A stretch of DNA of 64,000 nucleotides from Raillietiella orientalis (taxonomy: Eukaryota): positions 6,572,001-6,636,000 of the forward strand of contig JAYWIR010000002.1 in the NCBI GenBank assembly GCA_036172245.1, written 5' to 3'. The translations under genes were made by a program, and so were the position numbers. This document shows positions 25,280-39,021 of the stretch, in pieces; within the stretch, counting starts at the first letter, position 1, and every line of letters begins with the position of its first letter. The notes under the pieces were generated by a model. The model was not told where the DNA came from, made no database searches, and worked only from the letters and a program-made list of their open reading frames with translations.

Positions 25280-26950
25280 GGTCAAGTGACTGGAGGCGAA
25301 AGGAGACGAGGAAGACGATGGGCGCGTGAACCGGCGAGGCGCAATCCTCGCCGTCTCTCGTGTGCCAATCCGGACCGCGGGGTCCAGTAGGGGCGTCGCT
25401 CGCTTTGAAGACTGGCGACGTGTTCCAGTCGCTCATGCCCTCTGCACCTTTTCCTCCAGCCTTTCCCTGCCCTGAACTTCCCGAAAATTCCCTCACCGTT
25501 CTCGCACCCGTCGTCTTCATCGCGCGGCGCAACTGCGGTCTCCGACCGATCCCTCGTTTTCCCTTCTTGTGAAGTTTCTTCAGGATAAAAATCCTTCTGC
25601 ATCCTTTTTCCTGATGAGTCTGGAGCAGCAGAGTCGGAATCGTTAGAAGGAAGAACTGTCTCTCTCCAAATCCGTGACCTGAAGTTACGGAGGGAGGCGT
25701 GGACCTCCTGAGAACCACTGGCAAAGGTGAGTCGTCCTTTCGCAAGTGGGGGATGGAAAGGTCGCTGCTTGCCAATAGCCTCGTGTCCTCGACCGGCCTG
25801 TGCAAGTGGCGCTTCCTTCCTTCTCTCTCTGCCCCGCCGCCCTCGGGTTCGTTTCTGGGCGTGAAGATGGTGAAAGAGGCATAGCGCACGGGCGAGATGA
25901 GACGGCCTCTGCTGACGCCCCGCCCCTTGAAGGAGGAATCGGTCTAGGTCCAGCAACGGATGGTCACCACGGCGCGATGTGGTCTGGGAGGAGGCAGGGT
26001 GGAAAGAACGCCGCCATTGTAGGAGCAGTTCCTTCGGGACACCTTTCGGGTTTGCGAGGACGCCGCTACCTGCCAGGGTACACAGTCGAGGAGGACGGCG
26101 CCAGGAAGGAAGCAAATCGGAAGGATTTTACAAGTTCCAAGTAATGGGAGAGAAAAAGCAACCGAAATTCATCTCCAAGATGGCCGAGACTGCACGAAGC
26201 ATCCGGAAGGGCAGCGGGAGCATCCGACGGTGCCTGGGCGGAATCTGACCCTGGGAAGCCTCCAGCGTCCAGGTGGCGACCAGATCAGCGCTTAGCACAA
26301 GGGTGAGCGGCATCAAGTGGACCGTGGAGCAGGAAGGCTGGGAACCAACCGAGGTCTGGTATCACCGAACGCGTTGAAGCACCAGGTGGTGAGCAAAGCC
26401 GAGGGCACGGAACGAGGACACGGAGGGCGGGTGCCGGTCTCACTGACCAGGGTCGTGGTGCGGAGAGCTCACCAGTGTCTCCCCTCGAGCACTCACCTGG
26501 AAGGCGCAGTGAATCGGGAAGGAAGGACTTGGGCCAATCTTTCCACGCAACCGCAGACTTGGTAGAGGCCTGAGCTGAGCTCTCTATGCCCAACTGCGTT
26601 GCTGCCGGAGGAAATCGGTCGGTTCCCTGCCCTCTGTAGTAAAAGGACGCTTGGCGCCACGAGCCGCTGGATGCGTACGCACTCCTGGAAGAGATCCACC
26701 TTCGCCAGCAACCGTTTCTCGCTGTCTGGAGAAACCTTCCTTCGACGAGATCCCAGGAGATGCCGACCCGTTTCCAAGGAACCTCTTAAGACCGTTCAAG
26801 GTCCCACAAGATCTTTCCTTTACCCCCGTTAAGCGGAGGAGGAGCTGGAGACATCTGGCTGCGTGGAAGGTGACCGACCCACATCCCACCCTTCCTTCTG
26901 CAGTCCCTTTCCGACGCGGGTCCTCCGCAGTCAAGCTCATTTATTAATCC
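25280..26950 (-). mobile_element. Decayed non-LTR retrotransposon (RT to CCHC)
   Basis: GVKERSC (cf. GFxxGRS), LLAKVDL..AY (cf. DLxKAYD), CFNA (cf. LFNA), LSADLV (cf. FADDLV), KRCRGHERLEHV (cf. CxxCxxxETxxHV) in order. Confidence 0.45.
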
Positions 26951-29599
26951 ATTTACTGAGGAACTCTCTCGACCTCCGCTCTCCCTCCCTACTTCTTCCC
27001 TCAGTGGGGTCTGACGGCCCTCGGAGTGGGTCCCTTGCTCCGGGTAGAAATTTCATCGACCTATTTTGAATGATTTGTAGAGAGAGCCAAACCTTAAGGT
27101 GGGGAAACAAAATCAGGGTGGGGGTTGAGATGCAGTCGGCAGTGGTGATTTCCTCCTCTGCTGCGCCCGCCCGGTGCAGTGCTCCCGCCACCACAAGTGC
27201 CATTGTGAGGTCATCCTGTCCTACCCCGCTTGTTTACCAGTTAGACGGCCTCCGTGCCTCGTGCCGCTGACCCCCCTTTCTTTCCGGAATCATTTCTTAC
27301 CGTATTTTTCGTATATTTCTTTATTATTGGAAAGGAATGATCCAGAGTGGCGGGAAGAAAAGGTCGCGCCGACTCGTTTGTTTGCCAAAAGACGAGCACG
27401 CAGAGCGGGAATCGAGGTGGCACCGGGACCCCACAAAGGAGTGGACGTTCCCGATTGACAGGGAGGGAGCGAAAAGTGGGTAAATAAAAATGAATAAATC
27501 GCGGGATTAAAAGTCACCGGAGTGCTGCCCTTCTGACCCTCAGTCCTCGCGCGGCGTGGGAGGCGGAGTTCCTTACGTTCGAGTGAGGGGGGGGATATCT
27601 GCGCCACTCTTGCTGGTGCTGCCTCGCCGCAGGGAAAGCGCCGCCGCGGACGAGCCACGCGGATGCCCGCGTGGGAAAATGGCGGCTGCCGAGCCGACGG
27701 GTGAACATCCTTGCCCTGCCTCCCACCCTCCCAGCTCAGGACGCGCGGCAGGGAAAACAAGGAAGGAACCGAGGGAGGGAAAGAGGGCGATCCGGCGTGA
27801 TTCCCCAAGACCGCGGTTTCCCAAGGAGACGCGCCGGGCTCTCATTGGTCGCCCACAGGAGTGATGATTAGGCTCGTGGCGGATGCTGCGATGCTTCTGG
27901 AGGACCGCTGAGCCCTCCGCCTCCCCGAGTGCCGCTCCCAGCCCGCCGAAGGCGGCAGCGTCAGATGAGGCCCCTCGCCCCCGCAAGCAGGGCGGCAGGA
28001 GCGAGCCGCCTCCATCCATTTCTCCGAATCCGATTTCTCCGCTCCCGGCAAACATCCGCTCTCCCTGTGGCTGGGACTCCTTGCAGTCTGACAACCTTAC
28101 GCAGGGAAGGGCGGATTTCGTCACTTTCCTGTGTAGCAGACAGGCAACGGTACCTGGGTCTGGGGAGTGGCGCTGCGGTCGTCACTCCCCAGACCGACGG
28201 CTCCTTGGAGGAACGCTTGGATTGAGGAGAGGCGAGAGGCGCCCGCCGCGGTTCCAAAAAGAGGGGAGGGAAGGGGTCCTCGTGGCTCCTGAGGATCTAT
28301 GGGACGAGCCGAATGCGTCCTAGCCCGCTCGACGTGCCGCCACCCCCCCTCAAGGGAGGCGCGGATCCGAGGGACGACGCGCGAGGTGGCGATGGGGAAG
28401 CCGTCCCTACGCTTCTCTAGTTCCCGGAGATGAGAGAGGGGGCATCGGGCGTGTGAGTGTCATCCGCACTGCCCGCAGTCCAGGGGGAGGAGTCGGACTC
28501 CAAGGTTATCGCCTCGCGTCCTGAGAGCCTTCTAACACGGTCCCCTGACTACTTCCCTTACCCTTTTTCCTCTCCCTTCTCCACGGATCCCCGCGCTTGT
28601 CAGGGACCCCGTGTGCAAAGTCCCGCGCTGGCGGGAAGGGCCCGGAACTATTCCGCCAGGGAATTCCGCTGCTTTCCGATCAACCAAAACCGCCAACATT
28701 GGGCTCCATAAAGCGTACCGAGGCTATCCCGTTCGTGCTGCATGGTCATTAATGCTCCCCCCCTTTCCCCTTCCCCCCCCCACCCCTTGCGGTTGTCAGC
28801 TTGAGATGATTTAGTGGACCCGGGAGCTGGGAAATCGGCTCCTCCGGAGAGCGTAAAGTCCTCATAGGAAATTGGTGGCAACGATCGCGCACGCGGCTGC
28901 ACGGGATAACACAGCTGCGACCCCGGGATTCGATTGATACCCGGTTTTCGCAGAAGGCGGCGTGTGCTGAGGGCGAGCGCGATCTCTCCGAGGGTGCGGG
29001 AGAAAGCCACGAAGACCGAGACCACGCCTAGCAAGATCCGAAAGCACCCTGCTTGCGGATTTTCCGTCGACGGCCGCCGAGGAGGAGAAGCCGCGAAGGG
29101 ACGCATTCTCCCGCCCTGCCTTCGACTCGGGAACGCGCGAAATCCCACGGAAACCATCCTCCAGAAGCTGCCTGGCTGACCGCCCCCTCCCGGCGAAAGC
29201 GCTCGACCGGGTTCCCCGTCATCATGCTGGCGTCACTGGAATAATGATTTCCATGGATGACTTCATAGCCATGGATTTGCCCCACAGAGATTTGCTCTCC
29301 TTTGTCCCCACTCCCCGTTCCCTTCGCCGGGAGACCCATCTCGCTCGCTTGCCAGAGGACGCTGCAATCACTCACTCCGATCCATTAAGGCGACGTCTCC
29401 CTGTTGGCCGGAAGCGGGCGCAGCTTCAAACCACTCTGCCCACTCTAAACCTCTGCTGTTTTCGTTGTTGTTCGGCTACCTTTTCAGCTCATGGACCTCG
29501 GGCGCATCTGTTGAGGTCCACTCACCGATGCCCTGAACCTGCCACCTGGAATCTACAGGGTCATACGAATTCGGTGTCCTTTCCGGCTGGCAAGTTGGG

Positions 29600-31600
29600 A
29601 CTCCGGGATCGATCCCGAATTTCCAATCTTCCTGCTGTGAAAAATTCCGTGCTTTTTCGCCTCGTAAGGTCCCCTCGGCTTTCCCTCTTCCCCAGGAGCC
29701 CTCAATGCGAGGTCGCAAGCGTTTCTTCCGGCACTCTACGTGCTGTCCTTCTCCAACGCCCTTCCGCTGACTGTGGAACCACCCCGCTACCGGAAGTGCC
29801 ATGGCGGCTCGCCACTCTCGAAAAGAGCAACCCTGCACCTGACAAAGGACACCACTCGTTGGTAGGTGGATCACCCTTGTTCCGAATTCCCGGCCTCCGA
29901 ATTTCATCAGAAAAAAATTGCGAGTCAGGGACGCTCTGGAAGGTTTCTGACCAAGCAACCCAGCTAGAGCGTGGATCGCGGATTGATTGGTGCTCCATAG
30001 AGATATGCTGAGTTTAACACCTGGTAACGCTGGGGCGTTTATCGTAAAAAATAATAAACATGCATTTTTAGAGCCATCAGTTCTATATCGTCCGAAAGAG
30101 TTCAGAACCTGCCGAGAGTCCGGCACGCAGGCTCGCGAGATTTGCCCGGACAGTATAGGGGGAAGGGGCAAACAAAAATGAAAATAAAACAAAAAAAATG
30201 AGAGGAGTAGGAAAGGGACCGCTGTCCGCTGGAGGACGTTTTCAGCATCCTTTCCAGGATGCCAGCAAGTTCCATCTGAGTATGTCCCAGGTGGGATCAT
30301 CTAGCTGCCGTCCGCAGGAAGTGCAAGGCGAAGCAGATGTCGTATATAGCGCGCCGTCCTCCTCCCGCGTAGCTTCAGACCGCCACAATCTTACGTAGTC
30401 AGCAAAGAACTTCTAGGGCTGCAGCAGGCGAAAGGGCATCGGGCACGAAGAGACGCTTTATCACGTCCCTGGAATTGTTCAGCAAGGTGCATCAAGGACC
30501 GTTGCGTAAGGTAGCCACAGGGACCGGAGGGCAGCCTACAAGCAGATGCGGGAAGGATTCCCGTTCCCTGCACCTGCAGCAGTTTGAGTCCACAGCCCCC
30601 CTCGTCCAGTGATAATGGCAGGCGTTGCTGGGAAGGCCCCAGTGCAACACTAGAAATGCCGACTCCTGCCATTTCAGAGGGAGAGCCCGGTTGTTCTTCA
30701 GCGCTGGGGTCTGGGGGCCACTTGAGGTCTTCCTGTGGGATTCCCAACAGCTCGCCTCAGCTCAATAGTTCCTTCGGTGGGGCACTTGGGGTCGCAGAGT
30801 CCGTGAGCTGACCCTTGCTCCAGCCACCTAGTTCCTAATCTCGCTCCGAGATTTCACGACAGACTTCCCATTGTCCGGCTGGATGCTGCCGAGGTGCTCT
30901 CTGAAGAAGGGCAGTGCCGCTGCTAGGAAGGTTGTTTGCTCCCACTCACACGTGGTGGGCTGCACAATGGCGTTCTGTAGCGAGCAGTTCTGTGCAGCAG
31001 TCTCTGCAGCATCTCCGGGCTCACTTTGTTCTTGAACCATGCGCGAAAGGTTTCCTACAACCAGTCACTACCGTTCGCGGGCAGGCAGAAGATCCGGTTG
31101 TTGTTCCTGGTCAGCTTGGCCACTCGTCGGAGCTCCAGTTCGCAGCTGGACATGTTGCATCTCCGCCGCAGGCTGTTCACCTGAAGACGACGCCGGGAGC
31201 ATTCTTGTTCTGATCAGGTGAGAAATTCTTTTCCGACTCACTGGTCAAGGAAATCTGGGCCGGACCCAGTGCTCTTGTAGGACTTTCCATGCCCGTACGG
31301 CAGGAAGCGAAACTGTTCTTGATGTGCAGAGCTTTTCTTTGCTGTCATCACCAAGGAACGGTCCTCTTCGTGAAATCCTCAACCTAGAAGAGACATGGTA
31401 CAATGGCAGAAGGCAACTGAAGTCAGATCAGATGACCCTGTCATCTTGTCTTAAGAAAAACTCTCACTATCTCAAGGAAGATCGCTTCTCTTGGAGGTGT
31501 TTATCATTTGCAGAAACAAGAAGGATCGCAGCATTTTCCAGCAGCTTTGGCTACTCCACCCGCAACCTTTAACCTTGATCTTCACTAAACTGCGTGCGAC
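29600..31600 (-). mobile_element. Decayed non-LTR retrotransposon, probably R4/Dong-like (RT plus restriction-like endonuclease)
   Basis: PSCFC (cf. SPLxFC), SYK.LG with a frameshift (~31270), RLPLSLDEGGCGL (~30590-30625; cf. RLYLPRxEGGRGL), then HQSI, RRPGI (cf. RPDI), IEGSWG (cf. IVGxxG). Confidence 0.5.
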
Positions 31601-33149
31601 AAAGTGTCATGTGTCCGTATGCATCATGCCACTTTGATCAAAACTCCTAGGAGAAAAAAAAAATGAAAAAAATGACGAATTTCTCTTTGGTCATCATCAT
31701 CGGTCTCTATGCGCGTTTGCTTTTGGTTCGGTATTTGTTTTGGCATCTGCTGAGCCGAAAACAAAGCGGCTATTGAAGGGAACCGTTCAAATTAGCACTT
31801 TGTGTAGGATACGACCTCATCAGACCTCATCTTATAAAAAGCGGATGCTGAATTATAGCGTGCACTGGGGTCATTCCGCCCTCAGTTTCGTGTGAACTGT
31901 CGATTTTGAGTCAGCGGAGAGTATCTGTCTGTCTGTGTGTGTGACGAGCAATCACATTCTGTTTCTGCACTCATCATGAGCACTGAAACGAGCATGTGAC
32001 TGAACTCTGGGAGAGCGCTCTGGAAGCAGGTCGAAGTGCCCTCAGGTGACCTTAGCTGCGTGAAACAAGGGTGCTCGGCGTGGCGCGCGATTTCTGGAGG
32101 GCGTGACACGGTGCTGAAAGATGGATCGCGAACCTACTAAAGCAGTATGGGACAGATAGCTCGCAGAATAATGAAATAAGGAGTGCTGGATTTCTGCCTT
32201 TCCGAATTTCTTCTTAGTTTGGTACTTGCCTCGGAAACAGGGAGCGGCAACTTTTCCGAGATCGGAACAGTGGAATTTTCCCCTTTAATGCGCTCCTATA
32301 ACTGCTCGATGGATGGCGGGATTGGATGCGGAATACCCACGTTGAATTTCCCAGTCTTAGAAGTAAGTTTTTTTTCGCTGAGCTTATGGAAGGCACTTTG
32401 AAAATGGTTCCGGGGATTGATGCACTCTCTTGGAGGCGGAGCTGCAAGGAACCCGAGTGGAGTTTCCAAGTGCTTCCTTCCATTTAATAGAGGGATCGAA
32501 GTCTGAGAACCTCACCGCTGTTTTATTATGGGATGAAAATGCATGCGAGTGTAAGTTCAGCATCGAGAGTATACATGTACACGTTTCTATCTATTCTGCA
32601 CACAATGAAATTCGCCAAAGGCATTTTCTTTTTTCTTTTTCTTTTTGTTGGCAGGGTTAAGATAAATTCGTGAGCTGGGCGCATGCCCTCCTGGCCATAG
32701 AATGAATGCGCCTCCTCTTCTTGCTGTGAAGTGGTACATGTGCCGCTCAATGTGTGCCTCGTGAAAATCTCTGCTTGCTACGATGAAGACCTCACATCCT
32801 TCGTGTCGTTATCTTCACAACAGATCGCTGCAGCGCGTTTTTTTTTTTGTGTGTGTGTGTGCTTTTTTTGGTTTCCTATACGCACCTATGTACGCAACAC
32901 ACAGAGGGAGATGGGACGCCATTCACAGGAATGGATCATTAGGCTAGTCACCAGTGGATCAAATGTAATCCATCGGTTGTAGGTTGGAAGGGTTTCCTCG
33001 GGAAAAAGTTCGCTGCTGCTACCTCAACGGTTAATTACTCACAGGACGGATTGGAAATCAGTAAGGGAAGAACTTTCGTGATGCCAGCGGCGCCATTGAT
33101 CAACCGTGGTGAGTGGTAGCGCATGCATGTGTAACCTATATGTAATGGA

Positions 33150-33900
33150 CTCACATGATTAATAGTCTCATTTGGAAACGCTCATTATCGTTGCTGGCTA
33201 TTAATAGAGCCTGCGATCTGATGATGGTTTTCGTCATGGAGGAGGTGTCGTACATCTGGAATGTCATTGCCGGACTCCATACGACGAGATCTCCTGCATG
33301 CAGCTTCCTGAAATGCCTTGCTCCACTTAAGCCCTCCGTGTCGACCAGACCTATATTGAAGTATCCTGGTTGTCTTAGGCACTATCCTTTCGTTATCCGA
33401 GGGAAGACTAGCAGGTTGAAGGGAGATGAAGGCTGCAAGATGGGATGCTCGCGATGCAATGCTGCTCTCTCTGTTCCCAGAATACGTCTGCATCCGTTTT
33501 CGGATCTGATGGCGGGAGTGCGCCAGCGAACCCACTTCCAGTACTTGGAGCAGACAAGTGGGCTTTGGGGAACCGACGAACGCTGCCAGCTTCACATCAT
33601 CGAAGGACGGAAGATCTGATGAGAAAGCCGAGGAGATGCTTGCGTTTCGCCACGATTCAGTCCTCTCTTGCAGGTGATCTGCAAACCATCCTTTCGTCAT
33701 ATTGGCCCTGTGCTGTGGATTTTCCCAGAGTTTCCTGTGCTTCTCAGAGCTTCTGGCTCGAATCTTCCTTTCAGTGCTGGGACAGGCGGCCGATGCTGAG
33801 CGAGCGTTCTCCCCAGGGCAATCGGACGTCCCACTGAACTGGTCTCTGGAACAGTCCTCAACTAAGAGACCCCGTGGACGTCATAGATTCTCCGGAACCC
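33150..33900 (+). mobile_element. Decayed non-LTR reverse transcriptase fragment
   Basis: TRPIL, EQTSGLWG (cf. QxGF), AVDFPRVS..SQSF (cf. LDFxKAFDxVS) in order. Confidence 0.35.
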
Positions 33901-36900
33901 TGGGAAACGGCTGTTGCAAACGGAAGAGCTTCCCAAACCGATGCACCGCATCTGTCGCTAAGGGTTTTCCCTTTCTTCAGAGAAAGGGAAGGATGGAGGA
34001 TGGATAGTGGAAAGGAGGAAGGGGTAGGAAAGGAGGAGACAATCAAAGGAGGCCGGAAAGGTTCACTCCTCGCAGTGGAGCCGTAGCCAGGAGAAACCAA
34101 ACCTCAGAGACGCAGCAACCGCGATCCAAATAGGGGCGTGAACGTGCGGTCGTCTATTTGAACGGGCTCTCTGGATAGGCCCGTCTCTCTCACGATCGTG
34201 GAGACCACTGGCAGCGGCAGTAGACCGCTGGGTCGTTTGCCACCGCCTGGCTCTAGAGGTAACAGGCAATCAGTGCAAGCTGCAAAGAGATGTCTGGTGA
34301 CAGATTTTTGTTTATTTTCGGCTCCGCTGATTGGGAAGACACTTAAAACGTCCCTCCTCATGAAATACGGTTGCTAGGAGCATCGATGAGTTTCCAGCGC
34401 ATCGTTGACTCTCTTCTGTGGTTATCTGATCATTTGGTTCTCTAATTGCCCTCTGCGCTTGCCTCCTCGCTCTTGTCATACCCTCCTCAGCATCTGTTGA
34501 CAAATTTATTGCAAAGGACTCATAACGAATGTACGTGCTGGCCAGCTGACCTTCGCGATCAGTGCTCAAGGGTTCACAAACTGACCACCTTGTTAGGAGG
34601 AAAACTTGGATCTTCCGTAGATCTCGCAGACTCCTTTAGGAACGAGAATTCCAGAGGAAGCGTAAATCGACTTTGTCATAAGGTCCCTGTGCTTTATCTG
34701 ATGGGGATACAAATATAGATGTTTATCTATTCAGCTGCCTCTCTCGAATGCAGAGGAAGGAAAAAACAAAAAAAAACGGAAAAGAAATGACGCCACTTCA
34801 CGTTTGTTTCAGGGGGGCAGCGAGACCTCTTCCTAATTTCTGCACAAGTGCCCCGTTCGAGGATATGGGACGGACCTGCGCTCGCGCATGCCCTCAGGAA
34901 AGGCCCTCGGAGAAGGAAGAAGGCAATAGGAGAAAGCTGACGACTGAGTGGTCAGAGGGTCGCAGCCCAAGAGTGGAGGGGGGGTGGCTTCCGAGTGCCC
35001 CTGGTTGGCCAACTTCCAGGAGTGTGACAGAGGAGCAGCAAGGGTTGAGCAAGCATCTTTCTTCTCCGTGGCATCCGTATGGTCAGCGTCGTCGTTCCCG
35101 GCGGCGCGCTCATTGACTGTCTGCGTGGAGGGGACGATCCGGGTACCTTTGGAGCTCACCTGCACCTCTGGGAGTGAAAGAGCAAACATAAACTCGCGAG
35201 AGGAACCTCAGGAGAGTCGGAGTCTGCAACCACGCTTCTATTTTGGGGTCTCCGCTTTCCCATCCCCGCTTCGAGATGAATCGACTTCTTCCTTTGCACC
35301 GGAAATAACTGCCCTTCTTGGTCGTAGAGGCGTCTGCAGGAACAGCATTTCGGTGATGCTTGGCTCCTGTGGCACCAGGGTGAGGGAAAGCAGCGACCAG
35401 ATTCTGGACACGACACAGGTGCGAGAACTTTCCAAGCTCGAGGGACACGCGAGTCGCCACGAATCAACAAAGCATCGACCTCTGACTTCGGCAAAAAAGC
35501 GCAACAGCTTCGGAAAAACTGGGATCTTCTTCTGCTTCTGCTGCCTTTCTTCTCGCGCGGACCACCGCCCTCCAGCGCATCACTCTGTCCGCGATTATGG
35601 AATCAGTGGTACAGCCTCGCTGGCAGGACGCCGCAAGGGCTTCTTTGCTCTCGGAGACAGCGACTTCCGGACATTCCACAGACTGCAGAAGACGTGTTTG
35701 AACGGCGCTTCCGCGTTTCTCCTCTTCTTTAAGAAAAAGCAAATCCAAAAACACAGCTGCTTCGCTTCCTGCAAACGGCCTTCCTTTGAGACCGTTCATG
35801 CAAGAGGTGGAGTCCCTGCATCACATCCTCCGAGATGGCAAAAATCTACTGCTAGGAGTCGATTGCTGCGCCCTGGACCCTGAGCGCGGCGCAGCGATCG
35901 GGTGGCGACGACGGGGCACTAACAAAGAGGAGGGACGACTGGTGCGCGCGCAGCCTCCCTGGGGGCCGAAAAGCACACCTTCGGACCGGATGCCCAGCTT
36001 CCGGGATCTCCTTTCGGAGTCTCCTCCTTCCCTCTGTCTTATTCCTCCTCTTCCCATCTACCTCTCATCCTCTCTCTTCCCCGCCGAACGCCGAGCACGC
36101 GGCAGCGCATCGCGACGGGCGAGTTTCGCGTCGCGCGAAGCGCCTGGCTCGCATCCTTGAGCTCTTTATTAAAGATTTATTATTCGGGAAGCGAGGGGAG
36201 GGAGAGAGGGAAGAAGGGAGGGAACAAGAGGGGCGGATGCCTGGGATTTTTGCGCCCTGGATGCTCGGTGACGGACCTCCGAGAGCTGAAGCAGCACCGC
36301 CTGCTGCTGCAGGGAGAGTGCACTGTTCTCGTGCGTTCCTCTCCTTGTCGCGGGGATCCACGGTGGCAGTTGCTCCCTCTTCACGGACCGGCTCAATGGG
36401 CCATCGCCAGATTCCGGTCTCCGCACGGGGCTAGGAAACCGCAGCTGCGTCTCGACCGCCTGGGACCGCGGGAAGAACCGTGTCGCTCCCCGAGAACAAG
36501 GGTTCGAGAAGAGGTCGACAAAGGCGTGGAGGTTTGCCGCGCGGCGGTCTTCCGGAGGAGGAAAGGGAGCTTCTTGCCGGCGGATGAGTGGCACACCCCT
36601 CCTCGAAGACGGGCCCCACGTTGGTGCTCCGCCAGTTGCCCGCGACGCGATCTTCATCCACTCCCTCCAGGAGCGCGCCGTCCGCTTGGAGTCCAGAGGT
36701 TCATGATCCCGCAGCATCCTAGAAAGAGGTCGCGTGTGTGCCCGAAGGGTGATGAATTTCCGATGTTATTCTCTAGGAAGGGAGAGCAAGATTTCTTGAA
36801 CAGCTACAACCGAGACTTCAGCGGTCAGCAACGGGAGATAATGACCTCTGCTGGAAATGGATGCAACATCTACGGGAGGAGGGACAGCAATCCAAGAAGG

Positions 36901-38726
36901 GAAGGATGGCTGAAGAAGAAAGGATCCTTCCCAAAAGAAAGAATGCGAGAAGGGACGCACGCATGAGCGTGGAGAGCGCCCTCCATCGTGTGCGTCAGAA
37001 GCGCGATGGTGGGCGTCGCGCAGGTCTCCTGGAGGTTCTCGCTGCCGATGGTTTTGAGCACCGCATGGCGGCAGCCGCATCTCTGTCCTGGCAGCCGGGT
37101 CTGCGGCTGGTCGCCCAAGCACGGAGGCGGCCGGGCAGCGGCCACGCGCGCACCCTGCCTCGCGGCATTGAACTTCGACCATCAATTCACATCGAGATGA
37201 AGCGCGGAACTCGTTCCCAAGAGTGTCGAGAACCATGGAAACGGAGAGGTAGCATGCGGCGGCAGTAGCGCGAGTGTTCTCGGTTCCACTTAGGGTGTCC
37301 TCGTGGGCGTGGGGAGTGCCTCGCACGAAAGGCAGGAAGGGAGAAGAAGGGGAAGAAGGTGCCGTCCCTCAGCATGGCACAGCCGCTCATGAAGCCCGGA
37401 AGGCAAGCGAGCGGGTCTCAACCACGAGACCTTCGTTCGGGATTACACATCCCGCAGGGCGAGTCGGCGCGCGCGCCTTTTACGTGGGGCCTGTGGGGCG
37501 GGCACTCATCACGGACGCTCCCGAAAGAAAGCTCGGTGCTTCTTAGGCTGTCGGCCCTCCTCTGCCTTCCCACATCCTTCCCCACCCCAGGCATAGCCCT
37601 ACGAATCCCTTGCATTAGCACCCAATTTGCACGCGCCACCTATGCAGCACCTGGACACGCGGAGGGTGCCGGGACGCGAGCCGAGCAGATCCACCTCTGG
37701 AAACTCTCCAGACGATGGAAGTCTTGAGTGTTGTACTCCGAGGCCCGCCTCCCGGAAGCAGGTCAACGTCCCAGCGAGACCGAGAGCCTCCGTGTGGCTC
37801 CGCGGCGCAGCGCCAGACACGAGCGGGGAGAAGGGAGCGCGCGAACGGACGCAAGCTTAAGCTGTCCGACTGCGACCGACGGACACCCTCACAATAAGCG
37901 AGAGGCGAGTGAGAACAAGCCGAGCCAATGAGAGCGCTCCACGATAGCCACCCTCGCCCAAGGGGCGACTCCACAACTACAGAAACACAGGCATCACCAC
38001 GGGAACCCGGTGGTTGCCGACTTTGGGAACCTCTAGCTAGAGCCAAAAGCCGCCGCGTTCCCGAGGAGCGGATGATGAGGGGTCGCCGCGGCGACGGAAG
38101 GGCAGGCGGTGCCGGATGCGCAAGAGCGCACATCATCCCCTCCCCCCCTCTCCCTTCCCCGAAATTTATGCCGGTTCTGATCCTTCCACGCCTCTCATTA
38201 GAGAGGTACGAACAACCTTCTCGGGGCCTCTTCCGGGCTGCTCGTTGACGACGCCAGCCCTTGGAAACCGCGCCGTGTTGAAGGACAATGAGTCGTGCTT
38301 GTCTCCCCGAGGAGCGCCGCTCTCTCCCGCGCCCCCACGCAGAGGCGGGTTGGGGTGGAGGCTGTGAAAGGACGACGGAGTGAGCTCTGACGCTCTCCGT
38401 GCGATGTCCTCCGCATCCCGGCCAGGGAGCGGACTTGCGGAAGGCTCCCCGCGCCTCGCGATCCCGGCAGCGGCGGAGGACTCGTCGGCGAGGAATTCCT
38501 CCGCTGCGAGCATTCCCGTTCTGGAGGTCTGGAGGGTGTTCAAGCCCCGGGCGACCTCAAATCCCTCGGTTTTGTGATGGGAAACAAATTGAAAAACGGG
38601 GAGCATTAATCATCCCGAGCCCAGCAAGGAGTGATCTATTGAAGATAAATCATTCCATTAAATACATTTTGATTGCGTTGACGCGCTAAAGATGAATGGT
38701 GCACTTCCAAGGCGTGCAGGCACGCG

Positions 38727-39021
38727 TTTTTCTGCTTTTTTTTTTTCTTCTTCTCTTCATCTTCCTCCTCCTCCTTCTCCTCTTTTCCTCACCCTTCCTT
38801 TTCCCTCCCTCCCTCCTCCTCTTTTTCCCCTCCTCCTCCTCCTCTTTTCCTACCCTTTCCTCTTCGCTTCCTCCTTCTTTCTTTTCCCTCCTCCTCCTCC
38901 TCCACTTCCCCTTTCCACCCTCTTCCTCTTCTCTTCCCCCTTCTCCTCTCTTCCTCCTTCCTCTTCCTCCTCCCCCTTCTTCCTCCTTTTCCTTTTTTTC
39001 TCCTCTCTCTCCTTTTCTCTC
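38727..39021 (+). repeat. Polypyrimidine (CCT/CTT-rich) low-complexity tract
   Basis: ~300 bp almost entirely C/T on the + strand. Confidence 0.9.

Noticed and set aside
32200..35800. Further APE-like fragments (GKFNVG on - at ~32350; FALGDSDF on + at ~35640)
   Set aside because: Single short motif matches only; too weak to annotate without a search.
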